DNA of 64,000 bases, from IMG/VR virus record IMGVR_UViG_3300012988_000001, positions 186,001 to 250,000 of that record; one strand, written 5' to 3'. Below, one piece after another: positions 19,301 to 31,721 of the stretch. The position numbers were made by a program, and so were the translations under genes. Each line of letters begins with the position of its first letter. Within the stretch, counting starts at the first letter, position 1. The notes under the pieces were generated by a model. It was not told the origin of the DNA. It searched no databases and saw only the letters and a program-made list of their open reading frames with translations.

Positions 19301-19395
19301 AAAAACTAGGTAACATTTTCGGTATCCTAAACATGGATATCGCAATAAACGAGAAGAGTACTATGGAAATGAACACAGGCTTCTTCTCATGGTAA
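16378..19395 (+). CDS. family B DNA polymerase (T4 gp43-like)
   Basis: Exo FDIET and GWNSEFYDIPY; Pol DFNSLYP, KILLNSLYG, YGDTDS. Confidence 0.98.
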   Translation: MYIDGFMERKRTGDILHVAERINGRRVLRQLDPVYEYYVESPTGTFKTIHGTMAEQKTFSNSRDLKNSVELDAGRRIYESDCNVTFKTLAREYMGKGSPDLNMAFFDIETDFHKKLGYAPPSNPFNRVTAISIYQSWTDKDYVLTLAPEDMDTVEAQDIINRLNAETNNPNSTVILYTEETEMFNDFFDLIDDADVLSGWNSEFYDIPYMINRTAKIFNAATTARWCLWNKKPVAREADMFGKTITTYDLIGRVHLDYLALYKKHAGQVEQSYKLDFIGEKVTGENKVAYEGSLDKLYREDYATFLRYSKQDSILLKKINDKLDYINLHNRLAHKECVLISTTMGSVALIDTAIINLAHSRGEVVFDKKPQEDGFESDDRYDYLMEDEDDGSDNEPVSAKAAGAWVQDPVLGLVDFLGCTDFNSLYPTVLRALGMSTECILGQIRQDYTDAHLAARVEEQRIKSKSKKFEPDWTAAWHGLFASVEFTMVREKSQKILNVDLEDGSSFQVTGEELYNIIYAPDSTIVLSANGTMFDKTKYGVIPEILTQWYSERKSQQKMVIDFKHIYTDGWEMPEDAIARIEAAMALHSRSERMYRTNLHEDDPVYLIRQALVQADYEGVGKLITENGLLLEDGRIKCTKEEKSYCKTQSAFWKQNQQIRKILLNSLYGALLNKGSRFFDKRLGQSVTLTGRSMTKHMASRINEICTGVYDHGGGVVIYGDTDSVYFSVAHYMKEQGLPFDLTKEEVVDLYVKIGDEMGATFPEFMDETFNTGIENGKIVGADLEMVGSRGLFLKKKRYAILKYWEDGFRKDEGDSPGEIKAMGLEIKRSDTPKYIQDFLQETLIALLVGEQEEQLRNRVRAFKTIFKDKPVQQKGQPRTVKNYSNLEEEYKKVGKISVSHVLAAIQWNKLRDIYEDQSVPEATDGTKVIVCKLKPNPMGIKAVGYPIDCAEYLPEWFLDLPFDEDEMEKSVLTKKLGNIFGILNMDIAINEKSTMEMNTGFFSW

Positions 19396-19406
19396 TAGGA
19401 ATATAA

Positions 19407-19985
19407 ATGACAATTTATCAACGCATTGGGGAGGCTATTGCCTCCCAAGGAAAAGTAACATTAGTAGCAGCATTAACTCCAGCAGAGGAACATATTCTAA
19501 CTACTAGTGGCTTCAAGAAAGTCGGTACTATGGATCTTAATGGTACTAACATCGATCTATTTGAAGTTAAAGTAACGCAAGTAGTCAACGCACCAGTACC
19601 ACCATATAACGGAATCCGTACTCCATCTCCGGGTGTACAACCGTATAAGACTAATGATACATATCCACGCAAGTATGAAGCACAATGGCCTGAGAACTAT
19701 CGTCTATATACTTACGGTACTGGTACTCCACCAGATGTTCAATATCGTGGTAGTACTACATCTCTTGTAGATGCAGCTTACAATCCACTTAGTATTCTAA
19801 GTGATTATACCTTACCGGAAAATAAAACATTACTAAAAATTGATATTGGTTCTTTGTCAACTGATGAAGTCCAAAAGGTATGTGATGATATCAAACGTGA
19901 TTACACGCCACGTGTGTACACAAACGATAGCTGGACCTCTTATAATCAAGGCTATACTGGAAACCGTGATTTCCGTAGCTGGTAA
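19407..19985 (+). CDS. hypothetical protein with portal-derived segments
   Basis: AGGA SD; contains TSLVDAAYNPLSILSDY and KIDIG segments matching the portal. Confidence 0.75.
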   Translation: MTIYQRIGEAIASQGKVTLVAALTPAEEHILTTSGFKKVGTMDLNGTNIDLFEVKVTQVVNAPVPPYNGIRTPSPGVQPYKTNDTYPRKYEAQWPENYRLYTYGTGTPPDVQYRGSTTSLVDAAYNPLSILSDYTLPENKTLLKIDIGSLSTDEVQKVCDDIKRDYTPRVYTNDSWTSYNQGYTGNRDFRSW

Positions 19986-20001
19986 GAAAATTTAGAAAAA
20001 G

Positions 20002-20032
20002 TTGGGACGTATGACTGATTATGTGATATAAT
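20002..20032 (+). promoter_or_regulatory. phage TTGGGACA-class promoter
   Basis: TTGGGACG...TGTGATATAAT. Confidence 0.85.
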
Positions 20033-20088
20033 ACATACGTCACAACGATTAAACGTTAATAACAAAATGGAAATTTGGAGATTTAAAA

Positions 20089-20820
20089 ATGGATTTACGC
20101 AACGTACTACGCGACCTAGTTAACACCACCAACGGTATGGATTTCTCTTGCATTGCAGTTTCACGAGAAGACCGTGGCAATGGTAATCGTGTTTTTCTAG
20201 AAGCATACACTGATGATAAAACCCTAATCATGCGAGCAACTACCAAAGAAGACGTACCTGAAGTTGAAGGTCGTTTCGGTCTTGGTAACCTCGGAATGCT
20301 ACAAGGTCTTATGAATCTAAAAACCTACAACTCTGAATCTGCTAAGATCGCAGTCAACGCAGCAAACGGTGTTGTTAAAAGCCTAGCATTCTCTTCTGAT
20401 GACGCTAGCACGAACTTTATTGTTCAATCTGAGAAGTTTATTCCTGCTCAACCACGCTTTACTCCACAACCATATGATGTACAGGTTACACCTAGTGCTG
20501 CAAAGGTTGGCGAACTAAAGTCATTCTCTGGTGTATTCAAATCATTCTCTGCCTTAGTTACTCCTTATACTGAAGGTGATACACTATACTTCCACGTGGG
20601 AGAGAAGAATAAATCTAATCACAGCGGTGCACTAGCATTCACCAAAACTGATGGTGAACTAAAACTAGGATATGGTTACGCAATCGACCGTCTTCTACAA
20701 GCTCTAAACCGCGTATCTAATGCTGAGTCTATCACATTAGGTCTAACCAAAACAGGTATGTTGAACGTAACAGTCGATACTGGTATCACTGTGTTCGAAT
20801 TCTACATCCAAGGTTGCTAA
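20089..20820 (+). CDS. sliding clamp (T4 gp45-like)
   Basis: 243 aa alpha/beta protein near PolB; FGLGNLGMLQGLM resembles clamp FgIydL..fl. Confidence 0.7.
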   Translation: MDLRNVLRDLVNTTNGMDFSCIAVSREDRGNGNRVFLEAYTDDKTLIMRATTKEDVPEVEGRFGLGNLGMLQGLMNLKTYNSESAKIAVNAANGVVKSLAFSSDDASTNFIVQSEKFIPAQPRFTPQPYDVQVTPSAAKVGELKSFSGVFKSFSALVTPYTEGDTLYFHVGEKNKSNHSGALAFTKTDGELKLGYGYAIDRLLQALNRVSNAESITLGLTKTGMLNVTVDTGITVFEFYIQGC

Positions 20821-20827
20821 GTAATAC

Positions 20828-20854
20828 AGGGGAACATGATGTTCCCCTTATTTT
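20828..20854 (+). terminator. intrinsic terminator
   Basis: AGGGGAACA-tga-TGTTCCCCT-TATTTT. Confidence 0.75.
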
Positions 20855-20869
20855 GTTTACGGAGTAATT

Positions 20870-21493
20870 ATGAGTACACCACGCTTTATCGCAGACCTAC
20901 ACTTAGGTCACCGCAACATTTATAAGTACCGTCAGGTGTTTGATAGTACTAAACACAATGACCTGTACTTTATCCGCATTCTCCAAGAGTATTGTAAGAA
21001 ACGAGACACCATGTATTTTCTTGGTGATATTTGTTTTGATGAATTCTACTTGGATATGATCAAAGAATTACCCGGACAGAAAATCCTAATTGCAGGAAAT
21101 CACTGTACTGAGTACATTCCAATGAAGAAGTTGGTTGAAGTCTATGATGATATTCACGCACTTCTAAAATACAAAGACTTCTGGCTTTCTCACGCTCCAC
21201 TATCTGATGTAGAACTACGTGGTAAAAGAAATATCCACGGACACGTTCACGCACAATCAGTTCCAGATATCAAATACCTAAACACTTCAGTTGATAGTGA
21301 ATTCATGCGTTTCTTACCAAGAACACTACACGAAGTACGTCAAGCATTTGAAACAATGGAAAGTACTGGATTGCACTTCGGTGGTATTGATGACCGTGAA
21401 GATGCATTAGAAGTAATTATGTCTGATCCTGTTTCTAAATCTGCTTATGAGTGGGCTAAGAAAGAGGCAGAAAGGATTTCGGTATTTCAATAA
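20870..21493 (+). CDS. calcineurin-like metallophosphoesterase
   Basis: ADLHLGH, LGD, GNH, LSHAP, HGHVH. Confidence 0.92.
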   Translation: MSTPRFIADLHLGHRNIYKYRQVFDSTKHNDLYFIRILQEYCKKRDTMYFLGDICFDEFYLDMIKELPGQKILIAGNHCTEYIPMKKLVEVYDDIHALLKYKDFWLSHAPLSDVELRGKRNIHGHVHAQSVPDIKYLNTSVDSEFMRFLPRTLHEVRQAFETMESTGLHFGGIDDREDALEVIMSDPVSKSAYEWAKKEAERISVFQ

Positions 21494-21503
21494 GGATTTT
21501 TAA

Positions 21504-21707
21504 ATGCCACTATATACATACAAATGTCAGAATGAAGACTGTCAACATTCTGAAGATAAAATCGTCAAGATTTCGAATCGTGATGATGACCGCACCTGTT
21601 CCAAATGTGAAACAGGATCACTAAAACGTGAAGAAGTTTCACCGGGTGATAAAGGGGCAACATTCCGCTATAAAGGCAATTGGTTTAATACAACAGGGAG
21701 ATACTAA
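21504..21707 (+). CDS. FmdB-family zinc-ribbon protein
   Basis: MPLYTYKC..C...CSKC...FRYKGNWF. Confidence 0.88.
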   Translation: MPLYTYKCQNEDCQHSEDKIVKISNRDDDRTCSKCETGSLKREEVSPGDKGATFRYKGNWFNTTGRY

Positions 21708-21708
21708 T

Positions 21709-21996
21709 ATGGGCTTAAAAATGATTAACGACTTCGTTCTAGTCGAACAACTAGTAAATGCATCCGTCAGTGGTGGTGGTATTATTCTATCAAACGTAGA
21801 ACCGCCATGTATGGGACGTGTCATTTCTGTGGGACCGGGCCGCATCCTAAATAATGGTGAAAGGGCTGAACACAATATTGAAGTTGGTGACGTTATCGTA
21901 TTTGGTAAACCATCACTAAACCAGCCACTAGAATATGAAAAAGTAACATACTATGTTATGAAAATTGATGAGGTATATGGCAAAGCGAATGTCTAA
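21709..21996 (+). CDS. groES: co-chaperonin GroES
   Basis: GGAG SD; DFVLVE, SGGGIIL mobile loop, GRVISVGPG, VGDVIVF. Confidence 0.92.
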   Translation: MGLKMINDFVLVEQLVNASVSGGGIILSNVEPPCMGRVISVGPGRILNNGERAEHNIEVGDVIVFGKPSLNQPLEYEKVTYYVMKIDEVYGKANV

Positions 21997-22690
21997 GAAA
22001 TTACCATTTTGGATTATCCCTGCACATTGGGGATTATCCGGTAAAGCTAAAGAGATTGCTAAAGTAAATTATCATTTTGAAGGATATGAGGCTGACATTA
22101 GGTTGGCCCCATTAACATATCTAACGGAATATGAAATTGACAAAGCACTCGCAGAAATTGATATAAAATACAACAAGATCAAAGAACTTGAGTTCGATCT
22201 TAAAGTACTAGATATTGATTTAAAGTATAAAAGAATTACAAATGATGAACACGCACTAAAAGTTATTGAAACGCGTTATAAGCATCATGATATGAAAGAA
22301 TATGATTATGATGCAGCACTAATTGAAATAATGCCCGATGGGGATGAAAAACGTATTGCTGCTATTGAATTTGCATTCAAATATCATGAAATTACTGAAC
22401 GTGAGTACAGTAAAGAGATGTATACTATGCGTAAAGAACCGTGGATGGATTTTGGTGTAGAATTCAATGAGGACTCAAATGAAGTCGAATTTTCTTTCGA
22501 TTATAACGAGTACTTTTGGAAGAAGTTAAAAGCTGAAGGTCATCCGGGTAATGATGAATACGAAATCATTGATAATTTTATCAAAGATTGGGGTAGGAAG
22601 TTAGAAGGTGAGGAATATATCGGTGATGAAGATGTTGACCTAACTCGAATGACTGATGAGTTGCCCGATAATTTAAAATTTTACAAATAA
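21965..22690 (+). CDS. hypothetical protein
   Basis: 241 aa ORF; start may be 21977 or 21989. Confidence 0.65.
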   Translation: MMRYMAKRMSKKLPFWIIPAHWGLSGKAKEIAKVNYHFEGYEADIRLAPLTYLTEYEIDKALAEIDIKYNKIKELEFDLKVLDIDLKYKRITNDEHALKVIETRYKHHDMKEYDYDAALIEIMPDGDEKRIAAIEFAFKYHEITEREYSKEMYTMRKEPWMDFGVEFNEDSNEVEFSFDYNEYFWKKLKAEGHPGNDEYEIIDNFIKDWGRKLEGEEYIGDEDVDLTRMTDELPDNLKFYK

Positions 22691-22720
22691 AAAAAGGAGA
22701 ACGTAAGTTCTCCTTTCTTG
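22689..22720. terminator. bidirectional terminator
   Basis: A-run AGGAGAAC-gtaa-GTTCTCCT T-run between convergent genes. Confidence 0.85.
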
Positions 22721-22728
22721 TTTTTATA

Positions 22729-23382
22729 TTAGTCTAGTAACGCTGGGATTGATTTGTAAATCTTAATAGCGAAGTTACCAGCCGCAGCGGTAGCAGAACC
22801 ATTTAGAATTACTTCAGCACCAGTTTTATCCATTAGTGGAACACCAGCTAGATCATCTAGAAGTAGACGACCAGCATCGATAGTCGTGGATGGAACACCT
22901 TGGAAGTTAGTTGCATCACGATCAAATACGTCAGCACGTTCAACTAGGAAAGTAATTACATCAGCAGAAGCAATGTTTGCAGCAGCATCAACACCGTTTA
23001 CAACGTTTTTGAAGCCAGTAACCGCAGCAGCTTTGGCGATATCAGAAGTTGCGATGATAACCGCACGTTGTTGAACTACGTCAACCACACGTTTTAGGTT
23101 AGTCTGAGCAGCATATGCTTCAGTGTAGTCAGCTTGAACAGTTGCTTCAATAAATTGAGAACCGTCAACACGTACAACACCTTTAGCATTTAGGAATGCT
23201 ACGATCTCGTCGTTATTCTGTGTGTTTAGGAAGTGTTGTAGACCTACGAAGGAACATACAGCACCTGTAACTACTAGAGCAATGTCACCAGTAGTGTCGA
23301 TAGCGATTGAAGCTAAGGCGTTCTTACCTTGGAAATAACCAAGTACGCTATCTTCGGAGAAACCATTAATACGTTCTAACAT
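22729..23382 (-). CDS. probable virion structural protein (paralog 1)
   Basis: Highly biased codons, late operon, similar to 23396-23959. Confidence 0.6.
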   Translation of the reverse strand: MLERINGFSEDSVLGYFQGKNALASIAIDTTGDIALVVTGAVCSFVGLQHFLNTQNNDEIVAFLNAKGVVRVDGSQFIEATVQADYTEAYAAQTNLKRVVDVVQQRAVIIATSDIAKAAAVTGFKNVVNGVDAAANIASADVITFLVERADVFDRDATNFQGVPSTTIDAGRLLLDDLAGVPLMDKTGAEVILNGSATAAAGNFAIKIYKSIPALLD

Positions 23383-23395
23383 ATTATTCTCCTTA

Positions 23396-23959
23396 TTATA
23401 CTAGTACTGGTAGAGATGCGAACACTTTAATTGCAACTGGGATTGCACCAGCAGCAGTACCATCTTTCTTACGGAATACACCAGCTTGACCTAGGTTTGC
23501 AGATAGTTCAGCACATGGATCAACTGGAACTGGGTAGTTAGAACCCGGACGTACAGCTTGAGCAGTTAGAACATCTTGACGTTCGATGATGTAAGTGATA
23601 CCGAAAGAGGTAGCAGTTAGAGTACCAGCTTTACCGAAAGCAATTACGTTACCACCGATAGTTTCAAAACCAGAAGCAGTTGCATCAACAGTACCTTTAG
23701 CTAGCATAGAAGTGGTAACTTCAACAGAACGTTGTGCTAGAATTTGAGCAATCATGAATTGGTTATATTCAGCAGCAGATAGTGCTGTTTGAGCAGCGTT
23801 ATCACCAATATCAGTACCATCAGGAACTACAGTAGTTTCACCGATTTCTACATCAGATGGTAGGGAAACAACAACAGTAACGAAACCATTATCACCACCC
23901 CAGTATTCGCGACTATTGGCAGACATACCATAGTTACGATCAAAAGTATTAAGACCCAT
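23396..23959 (-). CDS. probable virion structural protein (paralog 2)
   Basis: GGAG SD, late promoter upstream, shares QR..I/V..S and AIK..+S+P termini with neighbour. Confidence 0.6.
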   Translation of the reverse strand: MGLNTFDRNYGMSANSREYWGGDNGFVTVVVSLPSDVEIGETTVVPDGTDIGDNAAQTALSAAEYNQFMIAQILAQRSVEVTTSMLAKGTVDATASGFETIGGNVIAFGKAGTLTATSFGITYIIERQDVLTAQAVRPGSNYPVPVDPCAELSANLGQAGVFRKKDGTAAGAIPVAIKVFASLPVLV

Positions 23960-24006
23960 TATAAATCTCCTTGTCTAATTTGTTGCAGGATTGTCCTGCT
24001 TAATGT

Positions 24007-24014
24007 TATTTATC
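24007..24014 (-). promoter_or_regulatory. T4-like late promoter
   Basis: GATAAATA on minus strand. Confidence 0.6.
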
Positions 24015-24084
24015 AAATCCTTTACGCCGCTTTAGATAAACGAGTAAAATATCTGATTGTTCATGTGATATTATTTATCAATTC

Positions 24085-24114
24085 TTGGGACAAACGGAAA
24101 AAATGTGCTATAAT
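24085..24114 (+). promoter_or_regulatory. phage TTGGGACA-class promoter
   Basis: TTGGGACA...TGTGCTATAAT (16-nt spacer). Confidence 0.8.
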
Positions 24115-24127
24115 AGTGAAGAAATAA

Positions 24128-25137
<1,010 letters not shown>

Positions 25138-25138
<1 letters not shown>

Positions 25139-25638
25139 TGGCAGTACTAAAGAAACTAACAGACTATTCCTTTATTTTAGAAACCCATGCTGGCGAACAA
25201 CTTGGGATTATTGTGGATTACAGTGCAGGTACATCTGACCGTACTGGTATAGAATTATTCAATCAAGATGGTGCTTTCCCCTTTGCGTCTATTAAAGAAT
25301 TAGAGGAAATGATTGGTGATAATTTTGAAATCCAAGAGAAATCAGAAACCGACCAAACTGTAAGTACTAAAGAAATTGAAGGTTATCCGGTGAATGATAC
25401 AGATTTAATTATCGGTATCAGTAGTGACCCAATTTCTGGATATCCTACTTTCAGAAAGAGCACACGTTCTAAGAAAGAATTTATTCCCGGCTGGTGGGTT
25501 GTTCAAACGGGTGCGGGTGGTTATCTCGCACGGTTAACTCTAAGCCTAGATATCTACAATGAACGTAAAGATACTGGTGAGATTTTTGGACCTTTCAAAA
25601 CTTATATGGAAGCCAACTATCAACTCAAATCACTATAA
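25138..25638 (+). CDS. hypothetical protein
   Basis: 166 aa ORF coupled by TAATG. Confidence 0.65.
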
Positions 25639-25660
25639 GGAGGCTTCGGCCTCCTTTTTT
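25637..25660 (+). terminator. intrinsic terminator
   Basis: AAGGAGGC-ttcg-GCCTCCTTTTTT. Confidence 0.9.
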
Positions 25661-25716
25661 AATTACATATGAAATAATTGCAAATGCAACTATTTAATGC
25701 TATATTTGAAAACTTT

Positions 25717-27401
<1,685 letters not shown>

Positions 27402-27410
27402 AATCTATAA

Positions 27411-28715
<1,305 letters not shown>

Positions 28716-28739
28716 GGGAGAGAAATTCTCCCTTAATAC

Positions 28740-28770
28740 TTGGGACAAAACGCTGTTTTTGTCCTATAAT
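28740..28770 (+). promoter_or_regulatory. phage TTGGGACA-class promoter (ssb P1)
   Basis: TTGGGACA...TGTCCTATAAT. Confidence 0.8.
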
Positions 28771-28848
28771 AAAAGAGTCAGAGAGATGAGCTTAATAAGT
28801 AAATCTCAAAGAATGACAACAGCAAGTCATTAAAAAATGTTGAAAAAC

Positions 28849-28879
28849 ATGGGACATTTTGAATAAAATGTGCTATAAT
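28849..28879 (+). promoter_or_regulatory. phage TTGGGACA-class promoter (ssb P2)
   Basis: ATGGGACA...TGTGCTATAAT. Confidence 0.8.
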
Positions 28880-28995
28880 ATAAACACCGGAGGACATGAA
28901 GTTCGAAGGTGATGCGAAGTCCATATGGAATGGATGGAGCTAACAAAGAAGCAAAAACAAACGTAACAAAGAAACAAAATGTAAAGGAATACAAT

Positions 28996-30039
28996 ATGAA
29001 ATCTTTAGCTGAAATTCGTGCACAACTAAAAGCAGACGCAGAGCGTTCAGAACAAATCAAGAATGGTACATTCACTGGTAATCGTCAACCTGACGCATTC
29101 CTAGCTTTCTGGAACATTCCTGAAAACGAACCTCTAAACCTACGCTTCCTACCAGATGCTGATGAGAATAACCCATTCTTCTGGCGTGAGCGTGACATGA
29201 TTACCCTTGAGTTCAACGGTGTACTAGGTCAACATACTGACAAAGTTCGCGTTCAAGTGCCATGTAACGAAATGTGGGTTCCAAAGTCTTGCCCTGTTCT
29301 AAACGAACTACGTAAGTGGTACGAAAGTGCAAAAGAAACTGGCAATGATGAACTAAAAAATCTTGCTAGCAAATACTGGAAGAAAAAATCTTACCTACTA
29401 CAGTGCTTCATCGCACCTGATTCAGTAGCTGTTAAAGATGATTTGGCTCCAGAAAACCCAATTCGTCGCGTACTTGTAAACAAAGAGATTTTCGATAAAG
29501 TAAAATCTATTCTAATGAACCCAGGCATTAAAGAGCTACCAACCCACTTCCAAGAAGGTCGTGATTTCGGTGTAGTAAAAACTCGTAATGGTGGTGGTTT
29601 CAACAAGTATGACATGTCACAATTCTCTATGTCTGAGCGTCCACTAAACGCAGAAGAACTAGCAGCAATTGAACAGTATGGTCTATTCGACCTAGGCGAA
29701 TTCATGCCTAAGCAACCTACTCCAGAAGAGTTGCAAGCAATCGCAGAAATGTTCGAAGCATCTGTAGATGGCAAACCATACGACCCTGCACGTTGGGCTT
29801 TCGCTTACCGTCCAGCAGGTGTTCAAAAACCAAATGGTACTAACACTGCTCCAGCAGCACAAGCACCAGCTACCCAGACTGTACAACAAACTGTCGTTCA
29901 AACTCCAGTAGTCGAAACAGTAGTTCAACAGCCTGTAGTGAGTGCACCAGTAGTGGAAACTCCTGCGTCTGCTCCTGTTACTAAGACCGCTGTTAACGCA
30001 GCAGATCTAGTAGCTCGTCTAAAGAGCGGTAACAAGTAA
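28996..30039 (+). CDS. single-stranded DNA-binding protein (T4 gp32-like)
   Basis: AAGGA SD; LRFLPD, CPV, KYWKKKSY, GRDF, YD.SQF. Confidence 0.9.
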   Translation: MKSLAEIRAQLKADAERSEQIKNGTFTGNRQPDAFLAFWNIPENEPLNLRFLPDADENNPFFWRERDMITLEFNGVLGQHTDKVRVQVPCNEMWVPKSCPVLNELRKWYESAKETGNDELKNLASKYWKKKSYLLQCFIAPDSVAVKDDLAPENPIRRVLVNKEIFDKVKSILMNPGIKELPTHFQEGRDFGVVKTRNGGGFNKYDMSQFSMSERPLNAEELAAIEQYGLFDLGEFMPKQPTPEELQAIAEMFEASVDGKPYDPARWAFAYRPAGVQKPNGTNTAPAAQAPATQTVQQTVVQTPVVETVVQQPVVSAPVVETPASAPVTKTAVNAADLVARLKSGNK

Positions 30040-30050
30040 TAAGTTTTCAT

Positions 30051-30080
30051 ACGGGGCTACGGATTAGCCCCGTTTTATTT
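30051..30080 (+). terminator. intrinsic terminator
   Basis: ACGGGGCTA-N5-TAGCCCCGT-TTT. Confidence 0.85.
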
Positions 30081-30095
30081 CAAGGAGAAGAAAGT

Positions 30096-31214
30096 ATGAA
30101 AATGACCAGTGGTTTTGCAAATATTCTAAAGAACAGTACCGCATCAGTTAAGAAAAATACTGGTGTGTCAGTCGGGTTTCATGACCCAGACACTTGGGTA
30201 AGTACTGGTAACTTCGCCCTTAACTATCGCATCAGTGGTTACTTTGATCGTGGTATTCCACTAGGTAAAGTAGCAATGTTTGCTGGTGAATCTGGTAGTG
30301 GTAAATCATTTATCGTTAGTGGTAACCTAGCACGTGAAGCACAGAAACAAGGTATCTTCGTAGTCATGATTGACTCTGAGAACGCATTGGATTCTGATTG
30401 GCTTGAAGCACTAGGGGTAGACACTTCCGAAGATAAACTACTAAAAGTGAACATGGGTATGATTGGTGATGTTGCCAAATTTACGTATGAATTCATCGAT
30501 GGTTATCGTAAAGAATATGAAAACACTCCAAAAGATGAAAGACAAAAAGTACTATTCATCATTGACTCTATCGGTATGTTGAATACTGAAGTCGCAAATG
30601 ACCAGATGAAAGCTGGTAACCTAAAAGGTGATATGGGTCACAAGCCAAAACAACTTAAGGCTTATATTACTAACTGTGTAAACTCCATTGGTTCTTTGAA
30701 CATTGGTATGGTTTGTGTAAACCACAGTTATGAATCTCAAGATATGTTCAACCCTGACCCAAAAGTATCTGGTGGTAGTGGTTTGATTTATGCGTCCTCT
30801 ATGGTAATCGCAATGGGTAAACTAAAACTAAAAGAAGATGAAGATGGAAACAAAACTTCTGATGTTAGTGGTATTCGCTCTAAGTGTAAAGTAATGAAAA
30901 CTCGTTACAACAAACCATTCGAAGATGTTGAGATTAAAATTCCTTGGGATACTGGTATGGACCCTCGCAGTGGTCTTCTAGATATGTTCGAGAAGTACGG
31001 GTTAGTAACTAAATCTGGTAACCGTCTATTATACGTTGACATTGATACTGGTGAGCAAATTCTAAAATACCGCAAAGCGTGGATGCAGAATGAAGATTCT
31101 TGCTTAGATCTCATCATGAACCAATTCAAACGTCACCCATTAGTTTCCCCAATTACTGAGGAAGAAAAAGGTTCTGAAACATTCGGTACTGATATCGAAG
31201 GTGAGGAAGAATAA
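30096..31214 (+). CDS. uvsX: RecA/UvsX recombinase
   Basis: AGESGSGKS, IDSENA, IIDSIG, VSGG.GL.YASS, KTRY. Confidence 0.95.
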   Translation: MKMTSGFANILKNSTASVKKNTGVSVGFHDPDTWVSTGNFALNYRISGYFDRGIPLGKVAMFAGESGSGKSFIVSGNLAREAQKQGIFVVMIDSENALDSDWLEALGVDTSEDKLLKVNMGMIGDVAKFTYEFIDGYRKEYENTPKDERQKVLFIIDSIGMLNTEVANDQMKAGNLKGDMGHKPKQLKAYITNCVNSIGSLNIGMVCVNHSYESQDMFNPDPKVSGGSGLIYASSMVIAMGKLKLKEDEDGNKTSDVSGIRSKCKVMKTRYNKPFEDVEIKIPWDTGMDPRSGLLDMFEKYGLVTKSGNRLLYVDIDTGEQILKYRKAWMQNEDSCLDLIMNQFKRHPLVSPITEEEKGSETFGTDIEGEEE

Positions 31215-31675
31215 TGCGACCTTGGCACTGGGTGATTAAAGACGATAAATCCAAGATTGTTGATATGATTACTTATTATGATGGTGAGCTTGAAGAGGCT
31301 CGCCGTGAAGTAAAAGCAATCGGCGTTATTGAAAAAGTTGCACAGCAATTACCTGCTTGGCATGAAACCCGATATAGCCAATTACAACAACTTGAAGCAG
31401 TACTAGAAGTATTGGAGATTGAACTTAAACAGATAGAGACAGAGAAGTTTAAACACTTCTTGGAACATTATAAGCGTCAACTATCTAGTTCAGATTGTAA
31501 ACGTTATGTTGATGGTGACAAAGATGTTGCTGAACTTAACGAGCTAATAAACGAAGTAGCTTATATTCGTAACCAATACACAAGTATTGTAAAGTCATTG
31601 GAAATGAAAGCGTTCCAGTTAAACAACATTGTTAAACTAAGAACGGCTGGCATTGAAGATGCAAGATTAGACTAA
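31214..31675 (+). CDS. UvsY-like recombination mediator
   Basis: Follows uvsX; helical, YVDGD.DV, KAFQLNNIVKLRTAG. Confidence 0.75.
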   Translation: MRPWHWVIKDDKSKIVDMITYYDGELEEARREVKAIGVIEKVAQQLPAWHETRYSQLQQLEAVLEVLEIELKQIETEKFKHFLEHYKRQLSSSDCKRYVDGDKDVAELNELINEVAYIRNQYTSIVKSLEMKAFQLNNIVKLRTAGIEDARLD

Positions 31676-31681
31676 TTTATT

Positions 31682-31710
31682 AAGGACGCAATTCTGCGTC
31701 CTTTTCTTTT
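31682..31710 (+). terminator. intrinsic terminator
   Basis: AAGGACGCA-attc-TGCGTCCTTTT. Confidence 0.85.
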
Positions 31711-31721
31711 GAGAACAATTT

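Noticed and set aside
28909-28995. Upstream starts given by the ORF track (also 7635, 8014, 15976, 21628, 24128, 25728, 37908, 58891)
   Set aside because: Downstream ATGs have proper SD spacing; the extensions overlap leaders, terminators or other genes.
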